Source of the DNA: Sphyrna mokarran
Taxonomy: Eukaryota
Reading direction: 5' to 3'
Length of the DNA: 64,000 nucleotides
NCBI GenBank assembly: GCA_024679065.1
Contig: JAGIQG010000011.1
Location: 73,594,001-73,658,000, forward strand
This document shows, piece after piece, positions 36,930 to 49,984 of the stretch. The translations under genes were made by a program, and so were the position numbers. The notes beneath the pieces are model-generated. The model was given only the letters and a program-made list of their open reading frames with translations. It had not been told where the DNA came from and did not search any database. Positions within the stretch are counted from its first letter, which is position 1, and each line of letters begins with the position of its first letter.

Positions 36930-37636
36930 ATAGTGGCACAGCGATTATATTACTAAACTAGCAATCCAAAGGAATGGGCTAATGATTCGGTGAGATGAGC
37001 TTAACTTGTACTGTAGCAATTGAGAAATTTAAATTCAATATGCCTGGGCTAAGAAAAAACTAGTTTTAGTATCGCTGATCATGGAACTCGTCGATTGCTA
37101 TAAAATGTTTTACCAAATTCACTAAAGCTTAAAGTTTATCTGAGTTAAAGTTTGTTTATGAGTATCACAAGTAGGCAAATATGAAGTTACTGTGAAAATC
37201 CCCTAGTCACCACACTCCGGCACCTGCACTGAGGGAGAATTTAGCATGGCCAATGCACCCAACCAGCACATCTTTTGGACTGTAGAATGAAACTGCAGCA
37301 GTCAGAGGAAACCCACGCAGACATAGGGAGAATGTGCAGACTCCACACAAACAGTGACCTGAGCCGGGAATCAAATCCAAATCCCTGGTGCTGCGAGAAA
37401 GCAGTGCTAATGACTGTGCCAGCCTAATCCATTTAGGGAAACAAATCTGCCATTCTTACTCAGCTTGGTCTATAATGTGACTCCAGACTTGCTGAGTAAC
37501 TGTCCATAGAGTGGCTTAGCACTTCACTGAGTTGTATTCAGGAAGACAATTTCTCAAGATGGCATAATTAGGAATGGACAATAAATGCTGACATTGTCAG
37601 CATCAAGCACGCATCCTCTGAACGAATAAAGAAAAA
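36930..37636 (+). mobile_element. Old tRNA-headed SINE with caataaatgctg tail, split by HE1
   Basis: Head gtggcacagcgattatattactaaactag; tail shared with the LINE at 46050-46436. Confidence 0.6.
37128..37422 (-). mobile_element. HE1 SINE (tail B)
   Basis: gaagttactgtgaaaatcccctagtcaccacactccggcacctg. Confidence 0.9.
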
Positions 37637-38044
37637 GTAGCTGTAAGTATTACGATCATCAATACTGCTTAAAGTGAAGATCTTGACCACAGTGTTATCT
37701 ATAGTTGACTTTGACGGGTGCCAGATTGGGTAAAGTCTGTAACAATGTGCTCTGCATTTGAAAAGATCAGTGAAACATTCAATATTACATTCAGATAGAA
37801 GATTTTCAAAACAAGTGAGTCAAATGTTGATGCAAAAGCTTATGCTTTGTGTTGAGTTCATTTGTTCAAACAGGAATGTGGTACATGTGGTTAGACCTTG
37901 ATGACGATATTGAGATGAATGGGACTAAATCAGCTTTGATATATTGAGGAGTGCACTTATCAAACTGATGTTGTGCTGGCTGCAAAGGTTATCAGAAACA
38001 GAGCAGCAAGGTTTATTTTAAAATTTGTTCACAGAATTTGCTCC

Positions 38045-38292
38045 AGGTGGCACAGTTAGCACATTCTCCCTATGTCTGTGTGGGATTCCTTTGGGTGCTC
38101 CGGTTTCTTCCCGCAGTACAAAGATGTGCAGGTTAGGTTGATTGGCCCATGCTAAATTGACCCTCATTGTCAGGGAGATTAGGGAGATAAATAGGTGTGT
38201 TTATAGGGAGAGGGCATGGATAAGATTGTTGTCAGTGCAAGCTTGATGGACCAAGTGGCTTCCTTCTGCACTGTGCAGATTCTATGATTCTA
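38045..38292 (+). mobile_element. HE1 SINE, internally deleted
   Basis: Head fused directly to cacattctccc; tail attctatgattct. Confidence 0.85.
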
Positions 38293-38624
38293 GCATGTGG
38301 ACATTGCTGGCCATGCCCGTATTAGTTGTTCTTGAAAAGGTGGTGGTGAGCAGCCTTTATCAACTGCTGTGCGCAAACCCACAGTACTATTAGGAAAAAA
38401 TAGTTGTTCGCAATAAGATTGCCCAACCAGAGAACCCTCCACTACACTTATAGCCTATACTACCAGAAACTAAAATTTGCACTCTGTCTTGAATGCTGAA
38501 GAATCTGCTATCTCTACTGGGCTGTTCATCAATCTAAGGCTTTAAAACCTCCATTGAGAATCACCACTTTTTGGCACAAGCTTTTTCTTGGACACTAATT
38601 ACACGCAATTTAATTTATAAAATC

Positions 38625-38943
38625 AGAGAATCATTGAATCGCTACAGTACAAAAGGAGGCCGTTTGGCCCATCAAGCCTGCACTGTCAGCAATTCTACCC
38701 AGGCACTATCCCCATTACCACATGTATTTACCCTGCTAACTCCCCTGATACAATGGATCAATTTAGTATGGCCACTCAACATAACCTGCTCATCTTTGAG
38801 GAATCCAGAGCTCCAGAGGAAACCCACGCCGACATAAGGAAAATGTGCAAATTCCACACAGGCAGTGCCCTGAGGCTGAAATTGAACCTGGGTCCCTGGC
38901 CCTGTGATGCCCCAGTGCTAATCATTGTACTACTATGCTGCCC
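38625..38943 (-). mobile_element. HE1 SINE
   Basis: Antisense HE1 motifs. Confidence 0.85.
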
Positions 38944-39386
38944 ATTAATTAATGGAGTAATTTCCTCTTCACTCTGAATTGCATGCTGTCCAATTCCTTG
39001 CTCTTGCCTTCTGTTCCAATCCAGCTTGACAGAACATCCTGACAAGCAACAGAGGTGAGCTTCTCCATTGGATAATCCTATCTCCTGGAAACTTCCATGG
39101 CAATACTGGAGACGATCTTATATTAAAGGAAGTGTGTTCCATGCGAGTGATTTGAACTATTTCCTGGCAGCAAGCCTGTTCTGCAACCATCTGTCCATAT
39201 TAAGGTATTGTGTTAGTTTACACAGTAATCTTCCATTTCCGTCGGGTACTTCTCACCTCTATTCACATTTCAATCTTTTCTCTTTATCTTTGATTCCTCC
39301 ATGCATAGAAAAGACAAACTAGGTCCAAAGGACCTGTTGGTGGGTCCACTCTTGGGTCTGGAGAAAATATCTGGTTCATCATTTTA

Positions 39387-40470
39387 GAACATAGAACACT
39401 ACAGCACAAACAGGCCCTTCGGTCCACAAGTTGTGCCGATCATATCTATACTTACCAGGCTATAGACCTACCCGTAACTCCCAATCCCATTATATCCAAT
39501 GTACTCATCCAGAAGTCTCTTAGAAGACCCCAGCAAGTTTGCCTCTACCACCACTGATGGCAACCGATTCCATTCACTCACCACCCTCCGAGTGAAAAAC
39601 TTACCTCTAACATCTCCTCTGTACTTGCCCCCCAGCACCTTAAACCTGTGTCCTCTTGTAGCGACCATTTCAGCCCTTGGAAATAGCCTCCGAGAATCCA
39701 CTCTATCTGTTCCTCTCAACATCTTAAAAACCTCTATCAGGTCACCTCTCAACCTTCGTCTCTCCAGAGAGAAGAGACCTAGCTCTCTCAACCTATCTTC
39801 ATAAGGCATGTCCCCCAATCCAGGCAACATCCTTGTAAATCTCCTCTGCACCCCCTCAATAGCTTCCACATCCTTCCTATAGTGAGGCGACCAGAACTGC
39901 ACACAATATTCCAAGTGGGGTCTGACAAGGGTCTTATAAAGTTGCAGCATTACCTCCCGACTCCTAAACTCAATTCCTCTATTAATGAAGGCCAGTACAC
40001 CATATGCCTTCTTGACTACATGCTCCACTTGAGGGGCAGATTTAAGAGTCCTATGGACCTGGACCCCGAGATCCTTCTGCTTGACAACACAGCTAAGACT
40101 CCTACCCCTTATATTGTACTCCTTCATCCCATTGGTCCTGCCAAAATGGACCACCACACATTTATCCACGTTGAAGTCCATCTGCCACTTCTCCGCCCAG
40201 TCTTGCATCCTATCTATGTCTCACTGCAACTTCAGACATCCCTCCAGACTATCCACAACACCACCAACTTTCGTATTGTCAGCGAACTTACTAACCCATC
40301 CCTCCACTTCCTCATCCAGGTCATTTATGAAAATGACAAACAGCAAGGGTCCTAGAACAGATCCCTGGGACACTCCACTGCTGACTGACCTCCATGCAGA
40401 AGAAGACCCATCCACAACTACTCTCTGCCTTCTGCAGGCAAGCCAGTTCTGGATCCAATGCATAGGATTT
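39387..40470 (-). mobile_element. Young 5'-truncated CR1 LINE with near-intact RT C-terminus
   Basis: ORFs 40221-40496 (SGVSQGSVLGPLLFVIFINDLD..SKFADNTK) and 39468-40208 (246 aa, WAEKWQM..RPHLEYCVQFWSPH..RRLRGDLI); tail gttctatgttct. Confidence 0.95.
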
Positions 40471-41246
40471 CTGGGAAGCATCGTCCACACAGTCACACAG
40501 CGTGCACCAATTTACTCAAAGTTTTTTGTGATCAGTAGTCACCCAAACTATTTGGCTTTGTAGAGAATAAGAAACAAATCATTCTCCAGCATTTTACACA
40601 CAAACACATTTTTTAGGACCATATTACAACTACTTATGGCCTGCTCTACTCTGGTGGGTGTGCTGGGAGAGAGAAGCTATAACTGAATTTGTCCTGGTGG
40701 CAATGAATTCACACTTAATGCTTAGAATCAAAATGACACTCTGCTTCTATGAGCTGTATCATGCCAATTATATAAATATTATCAGTTTCAGATAGTTCAG
40801 ATAGCTGTTTGATCTATTGCTAAAGAGGATGTTGGAGCTGCTTCATTCATTGTTCAGAGGCACGTCTTCACCCAATTCAAATATTAAAAGGATGAGAAAT
40901 TGTATTCAAGGATGGATTCTTACATATAGATAGAGATAATTAAATGCTGTGTGGAACATGACATTTCATGGCCATTCCTGAGAAATCAACTCTCTGGAAT
41001 GCAAATTGCAGGAATTTAAATGGGATGAAATTTTACTTCACTTCCACACTTTTGAGAACACAGCAAAAGTTGATGGAAATGCCTTTACATTGGAAAGATC
41101 TGTGGGTCGCCCACGATTGAGTAAATTATGAGAGATCCAGGGGCAACCTTGAGCCCATGCCCATTATCAATGGAATGGCAGTGGAAGCTCAATATTCGGC
41201 ACAACCCAGAACTTGCCAACATCACGTCAGGCTCATGGAACTTTTA

Positions 41247-41577
41247 GGGTGGCACAGTGACACAGTGGTTAGCACTGCTGCCTCACGGTGCCAGGGATCT
41301 GGATTCAGTTCCGGGCTTGGGCCATTATCTGTGTGGAGTTTGCACATTCTGCCTATGTTTGCCAAGGGGTAGCGACTTCCATTGGGTGTTCCCACAGTCT
41401 AAAGATGTGCAGGTAAGGTGGATTTGCCATGCTAAGATGTCCCTCAGTGTCAGGGGGACTATCTAGGGTAAATGCATGAAGTTATAGAGTTAGGGCCTGA
41501 CTGGGATTGTGATCAGTGCAGACTTGATGGATTGAATGATCTTCTTCTGCACTCTAGGATTTTATGATGATCTATGA
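41247..41577 (+). mobile_element. HE1 SINE inside a DNA-transposon relic (41020-41890)
   Basis: gggtggcacagtgacacagtggttagcactgctgcc. Confidence 0.9.
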
Positions 41578-42394
41578 TAAAATCGTGACTTCCGATTTTT
41601 GCAGCTCCTCGCTGTTGACGTAATTAGGTTCATGCCTGTAATATATTTAATATATTTAAATATATTTGCATACAGTGAAAGACCTTCTCATCATATTTTG
41701 AGTCATCGCTGTATTTTCAGATGTAAACCTGTTGTGGGGATTCCCTCAAGGACATAAATGTAAGTAGAGCCTCCAGGGGAGCAGAACATGGCCAGCCAAT
41801 GACCTGGCAATGACCTTGTCACTACTCCTTGGCACCGACAGGTTTATCTCGGCAGAACCAACACTGCCATTTTGGTAAAATTCAACACAATCATAGGATC
41901 ATTGAGTGTAGAAAAGTCACTTCAGCTATCAAATCTGAAATGACACATTAGAAACATTTGAACATCCACCTAATCCCAACTGCCAATACTTGCCCCATTT
42001 CACCCTGCTTTTTCTTTTGTTGCCTTGATTTTAATACTAAAATTCTTTGATTCTGTTCAGTGATTATGTTTCTGTCAAAGATGTACAGGAATGCTTTCAG
42101 ATAAATGAGTTATGCGAACACAGAAGCATCTATAGCTCCTCGAGTGATCGACAAGGAGCTGGAGAATGGGTGATGACAAACCACCTCAGTTAGAGCACCC
42201 TGCCAGCTTCTGTAGCATCATCAAAGACTCTCATGTGGGTAAAATGAAGTGAGCTAAAGACAAGCAGTATAACTTCGCTACCTGCAAAGTTATTTCCAAG
42301 TAAATTTAGTAATCCCTTTCCTTTTTGAAAGTTCACAAATAATTCCTATTAATGTTTAGAAGGGAAGCCAGTCAACTCTTTACTTCACCATCTT

Positions 42395-42703
42395 GAATCA
42401 TAGAATCCCTAAGTGCAGAAAGAGGCCATTTGGCCCATTAAGCCTGCACCAACAGCAATACCAACCAGGCCTTACCTCTGCAACCCCATGTGTGTACCCT
42501 GCTAATCCCCCTGACACTAAGGGCCAATCCACCTAACCTCACACCTTTGGACTGTGGGAGAAAACCAGAGCATTCGAAGGAAACCTTTGCTGACACGGAG
42601 AGAATGTCCAAACCATAAATAGACAGTCACCCAAAGCCAGAATTGAATCCATATTCCTGGCACTGTGAATCAACAGTGTTAACCACTGTGCCACCATGCC
42701 ACC
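42395..42703 (-). mobile_element. HE1 SINE
   Basis: gaatcatagaatcc..accactgtgccaccatgccaccc. Confidence 0.9.
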
Positions 42704-43354
42704 CTCAGTTAATATGTTTCAGAAAGGACATTTAGTCTTGAAAGCAAAATTGTCTAACTGAATCACAAATTGTTTGAAGTCGTAATGCTTTGAGAAACTT
42801 GCATTCCTAGAAATGAATTTGCCATGCCTCAATTACAGCTACCGCATTGACATTCCTCAAGTGGCAGATAACATATTGATAGTTTGAGCAGCAGGATAAT
42901 GACTTTTACAGTGGAGGGTCAGCTTTGGCATTTAGCTATCATCTGAACAGCACTTAGACTGCTGGAGGAGTTTTTATCTATTAGGCAGAAGCTTTTCACT
43001 ATTCAATGCATTGCATCTGTGAACATTGCTGACAACTGTTCATAGTTACCATCATCTCACGCATCCTGAAGCTTCCCTGGTCAGTTGCAAGGGAGACATT
43101 TGCATAAGTACTTCCTGAACATCATAGGTAATCAAGCACAATTCTAGGTTCCTCAAAATGTTCTTTTTCAAACCTTACCTATTGTCAGCTGATCTACTGT
43201 CTGTTATGCATTTTGGGGCATAGTCAAGTGTGGAGGTGAGTCTTTCGAAACCTTGCCCTGAGTGGCCAGTCAATGTTTGAAGTGTGGAATGAGTAGACAA
43301 AATGAAAGATCTGTGCTCCCTGCTCTGGCTGGTGAATAGTTATTTGTTTCTTCT

Positions 43355-43643
43355 AGTTTATTTATTATTGTCACAAGTTATATTAACACTGCAACAAAGT
43401 TAGTGCAAAAATCCCTTAGTCACCACACTACGGAGCTTGGTTGAGTACATTGAAGGAGAATTTATAATGGTCAATGCACCTAATCAGTACATCTTTCAGA
43501 TTGTGGCAGGAAATCAGAGCACCCTAGAGGAAACGGAAGCAGAAGTGGGAAGAATGTGCAGACTCCGCATAAACAGTTACCCAAGCTGGGAATCAAACCC
43601 AGGTCTCTGATGCTATGAGGCAGCAGTGCTAACCACTGTGCCC
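43355..43643 (-). mobile_element. HE1 SINE (tail B)
   Basis: tttatttattattgtcacaag..taacactgcaa. Confidence 0.85.
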
Positions 43644-44329
43644 TATTCATGCTGCCTATTGAGGAGTACTCAGAGATCAAACACTGTTCAAAACACTTCA
43701 GAACGTCCTTAGGTTGCGAAAGGCACTATATAAATGTAAGCCTTTCTTTCTTAAAAGATCAGTCCAAAGATGTGTGTCTATATGAACTAGTGCATAGGTA
43801 TCAGAACGTGAATGTCAATATTGAAAAGGCAGTCAGTAATAACGGCACCCCTACAGAAGCTTTTGGTATGTACCATCTCCGTTTCCCTCTTTAATTGTTG
43901 AAGTCAGCCAGGTCAGCAACAACCACAGCTGAAGTAGGTATAGGGAAGCTTCTTGGTCAAATTGCAGAACATTGAAACATCCCATCGCCTGCTGATGTCA
44001 GTGTGACCGTAATCTCAAATTGTAATGTCTGCATCACTCATCATCCACTCCTCTCACATGAAGGACTGTTCTGCAGATCTATTTTTTTCTACTGACTTAC
44101 TTTGGGCTCAATTCTCACTTATAATCTACATGAATGTTTATGCATATGTTTGATCATTTTCTTACTTTAGTAGTTTCTAAACTCACTCTATTTTTAACTT
44201 AAGAATAATGAGTTAAATTGACTGCTTTTAAAACATGAATTGGGAAGAGTTATCCGTGAAAAGTGGGACTCCTTTTCGAAAGATCTTATTGTGATCAGCA
44301 GAAGAGTTTGGACAAAAAAAAGAGAACCC

Positions 44330-44950
44330 TCCTCATCTGGGGCATAACAATTTAGGATTATTCCAGATGGATGGTAATAAATTGTGTGTGGGGGGGGCGG
44401 TTTCTTTTAGGAGCAATAAATTGTGGGATCTCACTTGGGTTAACTAATTTGGGGAACCTCACCTGGGGATCGTTTGGAATAACGATTTGTTTTGAGTGGC
44501 CAAATGAGATGTTTACAATGCATGGCTGGCTAGAAGAATATAAGAGGCCATAGGGAGTTAGCAGTGGGGTGAATGGGGGAGTAAAGGAGGGATTGAGTGA
44601 CTGTGAGCACCAGGTGGCATTGATGGAGCACTATGAGTGTGAGGGGATGAGAAGAATAAAGGCTGGAGAGCCTTTCTGTTTTCACTTTAACTCAAAATCC
44701 CACAGAACTGAGGCTTTTTAAACAGCCTGTCTCTGCACCATGCAGCCCTCTGAATACCTCCAAACATTTTGTGGGGTCAGTTGGCCCAGTTACAGCCCAC
44801 ACAGAATCTTCTCACCACAGTCAGACCATCCCCCCTCCATCAGGGTTCCCATCGTCAAAATCCCATCCCTGTGGACACTTTTTCCTGAAACGGGCTGAGC
44901 CAGGAATTTTCCTGACTTTTGCCATTCTTCTCAAGAGTGAAAATCCAGTT
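44330..44950. mobile_element. Non-autonomous DNA transposon relic
   Basis: G-rich block ending ..gtgaaaatccag, similar to other MITE ends in the window. Confidence 0.35.
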
Positions 44951-46049
44951 CTCCATGATTTTCCTCCATCTCCTCCTGTCAGTCACCAATTTCTCTTCCA
45001 ACCCTGCTGTATTCAGATCTCTCGCCACTGCATTTTTTCATCTGGTCTTAGGCCTTTGTCATCTCCCATCATCCCATCTCCATCACCAGACTTTCTTTCC
45101 TGCCTCAACAGGTTACGAAAGCATTCTGATCCCTTCTCGGCTATTATCTTTGATGCTTTCTCATTCTTCATTGACCCTCTGATGTGCAAATTCTTGATTG
45201 TATCCTTTCTCTTTACCTATCTCATCGATCTCAGCATCCACATCTCATTCCTATCCAGTCGTTAATCCTTTCTCTTGATGTTGTCCTAGTGTAGCATAAC
45301 AAGGCCATTTTGTCATTTCTTCTGTTATCTCCTCTGAAATGCTTCTGTTATCTAAGTCCCAATAATAAAATCAAAATGAAAATATGCAGACATGCTTTTT
45401 GATAAAACTTGCGCCAGCGTGCCCAATTATGATCAAAACCTAGTTGAACAACACTTGAAACAATAGAAATAACTAAGTGAAAAGAAATGTGTGATGTGTC
45501 GTCTCCTAAAATGATGATTTGTTCAGCTGGGCAATGAAAAATTCAATGCACATTTCACTGTTGAGAAATCTGGTTAATTGATGGGCATTTCCAACATGCT
45601 CTTACAAGATGTAAAGCTTTGAGACAAGATAACCTGTTCGCTTCTATCTTTTAGTTTTATTGCATAGCTCAGTAAAGTAGCAGATTCAATCTTTCTGGGA
45701 TGTTTGGATGTATCACTGAAGTCCTCAAAGAGTTAAGCCTCCTCTAGCTGTGTTATGACAAGTGACTATACCTGAAGGACAGGCGAAGCATTAAGTGAAT
45801 TTATGCATGAGCTGCTTCAAAGAACCATTATTCTCTAGTGGCAGATGTAGCCCTTAGGTCGTGCAAGAATTATTTAAAGCAAGCATCAATATTATGTCAG
45901 CTTCTGAAAAGGAACTTTTTAAGTTAGTTTGGTAGCAATTGACACTTTGTTTACTGTAATTTTCTATTTGTTACATGTTAGGATGTGATGGTAATTCATT
46001 GCCAAATGCCATGATTGGGATTTTAATCCTTGCTTAGAAATTACAGTCA

Positions 46050-46436
46050 AGTTTGACCCCATCCAGGACAAAACAGCCGGCTTGACTGGCACCACATCTA
46101 CAAACATTCATCTCCTCCACTATTGACACTTAGTAGCAGCAGTCAGTTCAAGATGCACTGCAAAAATTCGCCAAAAATCTTTAGACATCACCTTCCAAAC
46201 CCACTTCCATCAAGAAGGATAAGGGCAGCAGATATGTGGGAACACCACCACTTGCAAGTTCCCTTCCAAGTCACTCACCATCATGATTTGGAAATATATT
46301 TTGCTGTTCATTCACTGTTGCTGGGTCAAAATCCTGGAACCCCTCCACCCTCCCCAGCAATTGCATTGTGAGTCACCGCCATCTTCTCAATGCTGGCCAG
46401 CGAGCTACCCTCATGTCCCACAAATAAATAACAAAA
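46050..46436 (+). mobile_element. 3' end of an unclassified non-LTR retrotransposon
   Basis: catccaggacaaaacagccggcttgactggcacc..aagatgcactgc..atgctggccagcga..aataaataa; related pieces at 10400, 13350 (-), 38295 (-), 55600 (-). Confidence 0.65.
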
Positions 46437-46579
46437 CACTATAGAAAGGACATGAATACTTTGGCGAAAGTGCAGAAGAGATTTACATGAATGGTTCCAG
46501 AGATGAGAAACTTCAGTAATGAGGGTAGATTGGAGAAATTAGGACTATTCTGTGTGGAGAGAATAAGGCTGAAAGAAGA

Positions 46580-46860
46580 CAAAGGTAAACTACTGCAGAT
46601 ACTGGAATCTGAAACAAAAACAGAAAGTGCTAGAAGATCTCTACAGGTCTGACAACAGGTCTGTGAGAGAGAATAGAGCCAACGTTTTGAGTCAGGATGA
46701 CCCTTCATCAAAGCTGGAGACAAGGAAAATCAGGTGAGGGGTGAGGGAAGGGGTGTTGGAAATGTTGTAATTGATAGGAATGGCACAGATGAAAAGACAA
46801 AGGGAATGTAAATGCTGATGATAAAGGCTGAGAATGACGCAAAGAGCATCCATGAAGAAG
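46580..46860 (-). mobile_element. Penelope family-2 3' end with degenerate hammerhead
   Basis: Minus strand agct-tTGATGA-a-GGGTCA-tcc-TGACTC-aAA-ACGT-T-ggct (46678-46715). Confidence 0.8.
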
Positions 46861-47092
46861 GCAAAGAGGAGATATGATAGAGATGAAGGGGCTGGACAAA
46901 ATAGATGAGGAGAAACTGTTCCTGCTCGTTAAAGCATCCAGAATGAAAGGGCACAGATTTAAAGTGATTTGCAGAAGAAGCAAATGTGACACAAGATAAA
47001 ACTTTTTCACACAACAGATGTTTCAGAACCAGAATGCATTGCCTGGAAATGTGGTGGAGGTAAATTCAACTGAGGAATTAAAGGGGAATATT

Positions 47093-47320
47093 TGATGTGC
47101 AGATGCCAGTGTTGGATTGGAGTGGGCACAGTAAGAAGTCTCACACCACCAGTTAAAGCCCAACAGGTTTATTTGGTAGCATGAGGTTTTGGAATGATGT
47201 TCCTTCATCAGGTAAGTGTAGTATACTCACACTCAACTGATGAAGGAGTAGTGCTCTGAAAGCTCATGCTACCAAATAAATCTGTTGGACTTTAACCTAG
47301 CATTGTGGGACTTCTCATGA
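47093..47320. mobile_element. Penelope-derived palindrome with hammerhead core
   Basis: CTGATGA 47237, GAAAGCTC 47258; inverted arm 47125-47215. Confidence 0.9.
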
Positions 47321-48239
47321 TGATTATTTGAATAGAAGCAGTGTGCAGTGGTATGGAGAACAAGCAGGAGAATGGCAATAAGTCACGATACTCATTTGGA
47401 GAGCCAGTACAGACCAAATGGCTTTCTTCTGCACTATAACAATACTATGATTCTGTAAATAGTTACAAAATCACATTATTTCAAGGAAAATGGTTAACTA
47501 TTCCAGAAGTATTTTCATTCAAGTGTGATTCTTGTTGTGTTTTATAGCAGTGGTGTGTTTTATAATGTAAAGTGCTGCGGAGGTACTCCCTGGGAGCAAA
47601 CTGCCCAATAAAAGGAAATATCTGAAATTTTTAAAAAAGAATTGAATGTTAGCGCTGAGTGTCTGAAATAAAGACTGCACACCTTAAAAATGAACAGCCG
47701 ACATCTGAAAAAGTTACATTAACTTGGCGCACAAGACCTTAATCAGATCTGATGCAGTCAGTTCACTGAAACCAAAGCGCATGATTGACTGAAACAAAAT
47801 GGACTCTCCGCTCAATCATTCATCCAGTGACATCTAAGTGTCATGTAACTTAACTTCATTAAGTTTCACCACATAGTAAATGATTTTAATCTTTAAACAC
47901 AACAGCATTCCGGCTGCTGCCAAAGAGTTCACTTGTCTTGCAAAAGCCCTTCTAGATTGATCTATTGTGTCATGCGAATATTGACCTGTTCACATCTATG
48001 ATGTAGTAAGATCAATTTTTGCAACTATAGTTACTGCAAAGGTTGATGACCAGTTAGCATAACAAACCATAATGGTTTATCCATAAGCAGATAAATGTAC
48101 CAAGCACATTCACGATGTTAACACTTCAAGATCCCCTCTGATTGCAAAAACCCACACTCTGTACCACTACGCTTGTTCCCTATTGGGTGATCGGATCATA
48201 TGACTGACTCGAGGCCTGCCTTTCAAAGGGCCAGGTATT

Positions 48240-48290
48240 TCAGCAGCCTTCCACACTCAACATTGAATTCAACAGTTTCAGATCATGATC
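48240..48290 (+). mobile_element. Tiny Penelope GIY-YIG C-terminal fragment
   Basis: Reads QQPSTLNIEFNSFRS*. Confidence 0.55.
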
Positions 48291-48327
48291 ACTGCCCCAT
48301 TTCATTTCCTTTTTCTTTCAGCGCTTT

Positions 48328-48541
48328 TCATAGAATAGAATCCCTATAGTGCAGAAGGAGGCCATTCAGCCCATTGAATCTGCACCAACCCTCTGACAGA
48401 GTATCTTACCAGGCACTCCCCCAACCCTATCCCTGTAACCCTCAACATTTACCATAATTAATCCATCTAACCTACACATCTTAAAAACCTGAGGGGCAAT
48501 TTTCTGTGGACAATCAATTAGCCTGCACATCTTTGGATTGT
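48328..48541 (-). mobile_element. HE1 SINE 3' part
   Basis: catagaatagaatccctatagtgcagaaggaggcc. Confidence 0.85.
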
Positions 48542-48849
48542 CGTTCATATTTCTGTCATTCACATTTCCGCATTTGGGTGCAGGCAGAATTTAATTTCTT
48601 AATTTTATTTCAAATCCTTAATTTTGAAGTCCTCAGTTATATTTGACCTAATAGTCAATAAAGAACCAGCAATATATTATGTATGTTAAAACATCGTGGA
48701 AGTTTCTTATTACTCAAGGCCCTATGATTTTTTTGAATACGGACAGCACAGGTGATGTCTTTCTTCTTCTGCCTCTGAAGTAATGTTGGACTGTGTCCCA
48801 GAAGAATTATATCACATAAGCAATAGTGAAACTGTGCTGAAGAGCCATA

Positions 48850-49148
48850 GTTGGAGTTTGTACATTCTCCCCGAGTCTGTGTGGATTTGCTGTGGGTGTT
48901 CCGGTTTCCTCCCGCAGTCCAAAGATGTGCAGGTTAAATATATTGGCTATGGCAAATTATCCTTTAGTGTTCTAAGATGTGTGGGTTAGATGGATTAGCC
49001 ATGGTAAATGTTATGGTGGTAGGGCAGGGAGGGAGGGGTGGGGGGATGTCAGAGATGGGCCTACGTAAGATGCTCTTTTGCAGAGTCAGTGTGGGGTTGG
49101 TGAGAAAAATGGCCTCCTTCTGCACTGTAATGATTCTATAATTCTATG
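48850..49148 (+). mobile_element. HE1 SINE, 5'-truncated
   Basis: tggagtttgtacattctcccc..ctgcactgtaatgattctat. Confidence 0.85.
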
Positions 49149-49396
49149 AAGGATTTTCAACTTTTATTCCTAATTCTAATAGGTTCTCCCTTATTAGGAA
49201 TGAGTCCAAATTAACTCATTACGTTGGTTAGAGGTAACAGTCACCTATTGTCACCCCCACCTCTGTAACTAGATTCATGTAGGCTGAGACAAATGTCCAG
49301 CTCTTCTTTCCTTTGGGCCTTAGAGGTTACTTTCCGTTGTAAACACGTGATAAACCTTCCTCAGATACGGATTGTACCTAAACAAACAATGCTACA

Positions 49397-49508
49397 CGGA
49401 AGCCCTAACAATGCAGAAGGAGGCCACTTAGACCATGGAGTCTGTACCGACTCTTTGATATATTACCCAGTATCTTACATAAATCAAACTCCACATAGTC
49501 ACCCAAGG
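49397..49508 (-). mobile_element. HE1 SINE fragment
   Basis: gcagaaggaggcca..aaactccacatagtcacccaag. Confidence 0.7.
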
Positions 49509-49984
49509 GCCTTGTGCCATAAGGCACTCTGTTTGCAAGTGAGATATTCTTCCCCAGCCACTTCCAATCTGTACTTGAGTACGCACCTCTCCTTTCATAA
49601 CTTGAAGTAGTGTGGCCTTGTATAAACCTGAGCCTCTCATTGCTAACCCTCCATAATTGGCCTGGAGTCTTCAGGAATTGAAGATTAATCTCCAAAAAAA
49701 CTGCAATGTGATATCCTAGAGAAACATCACGGGATCAATAAAAATGATTGGTTTATTTTCCATTTTCTTTGAACGTTTCTACTTACCAGAGATAGTAGTG
49801 TGGTGAAAGCAGTGGAAAAAACTCCTTGGCTGACCGTCAAGTATCATCCAGTTGGGTCGATGAATCTTTTTGCTTTCCAATTGGGAGAGGAAGTCAGTAT
49901 ATAACAAAGATGGATGTGTTAGCTGACTAGTGCTAGGGCGAGAGACACCACATTATATGAGCACCTCAACCATAGAGGAGAACA

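Larger units (their letters stand above)
46437..47455 (+). mobile_element. CR1 3' fragment with two Penelope insertions
   Basis: Same subfamily as 4345-4895 (gaagcaaatgtgaYR..aaaa..ttttcac). Confidence 0.85.

Noticed and set aside
44771-45265. 164 aa ORF
   Set aside because: It spans a repeat end and pyrimidine-rich low-complexity DNA, and has no recognisable domain.
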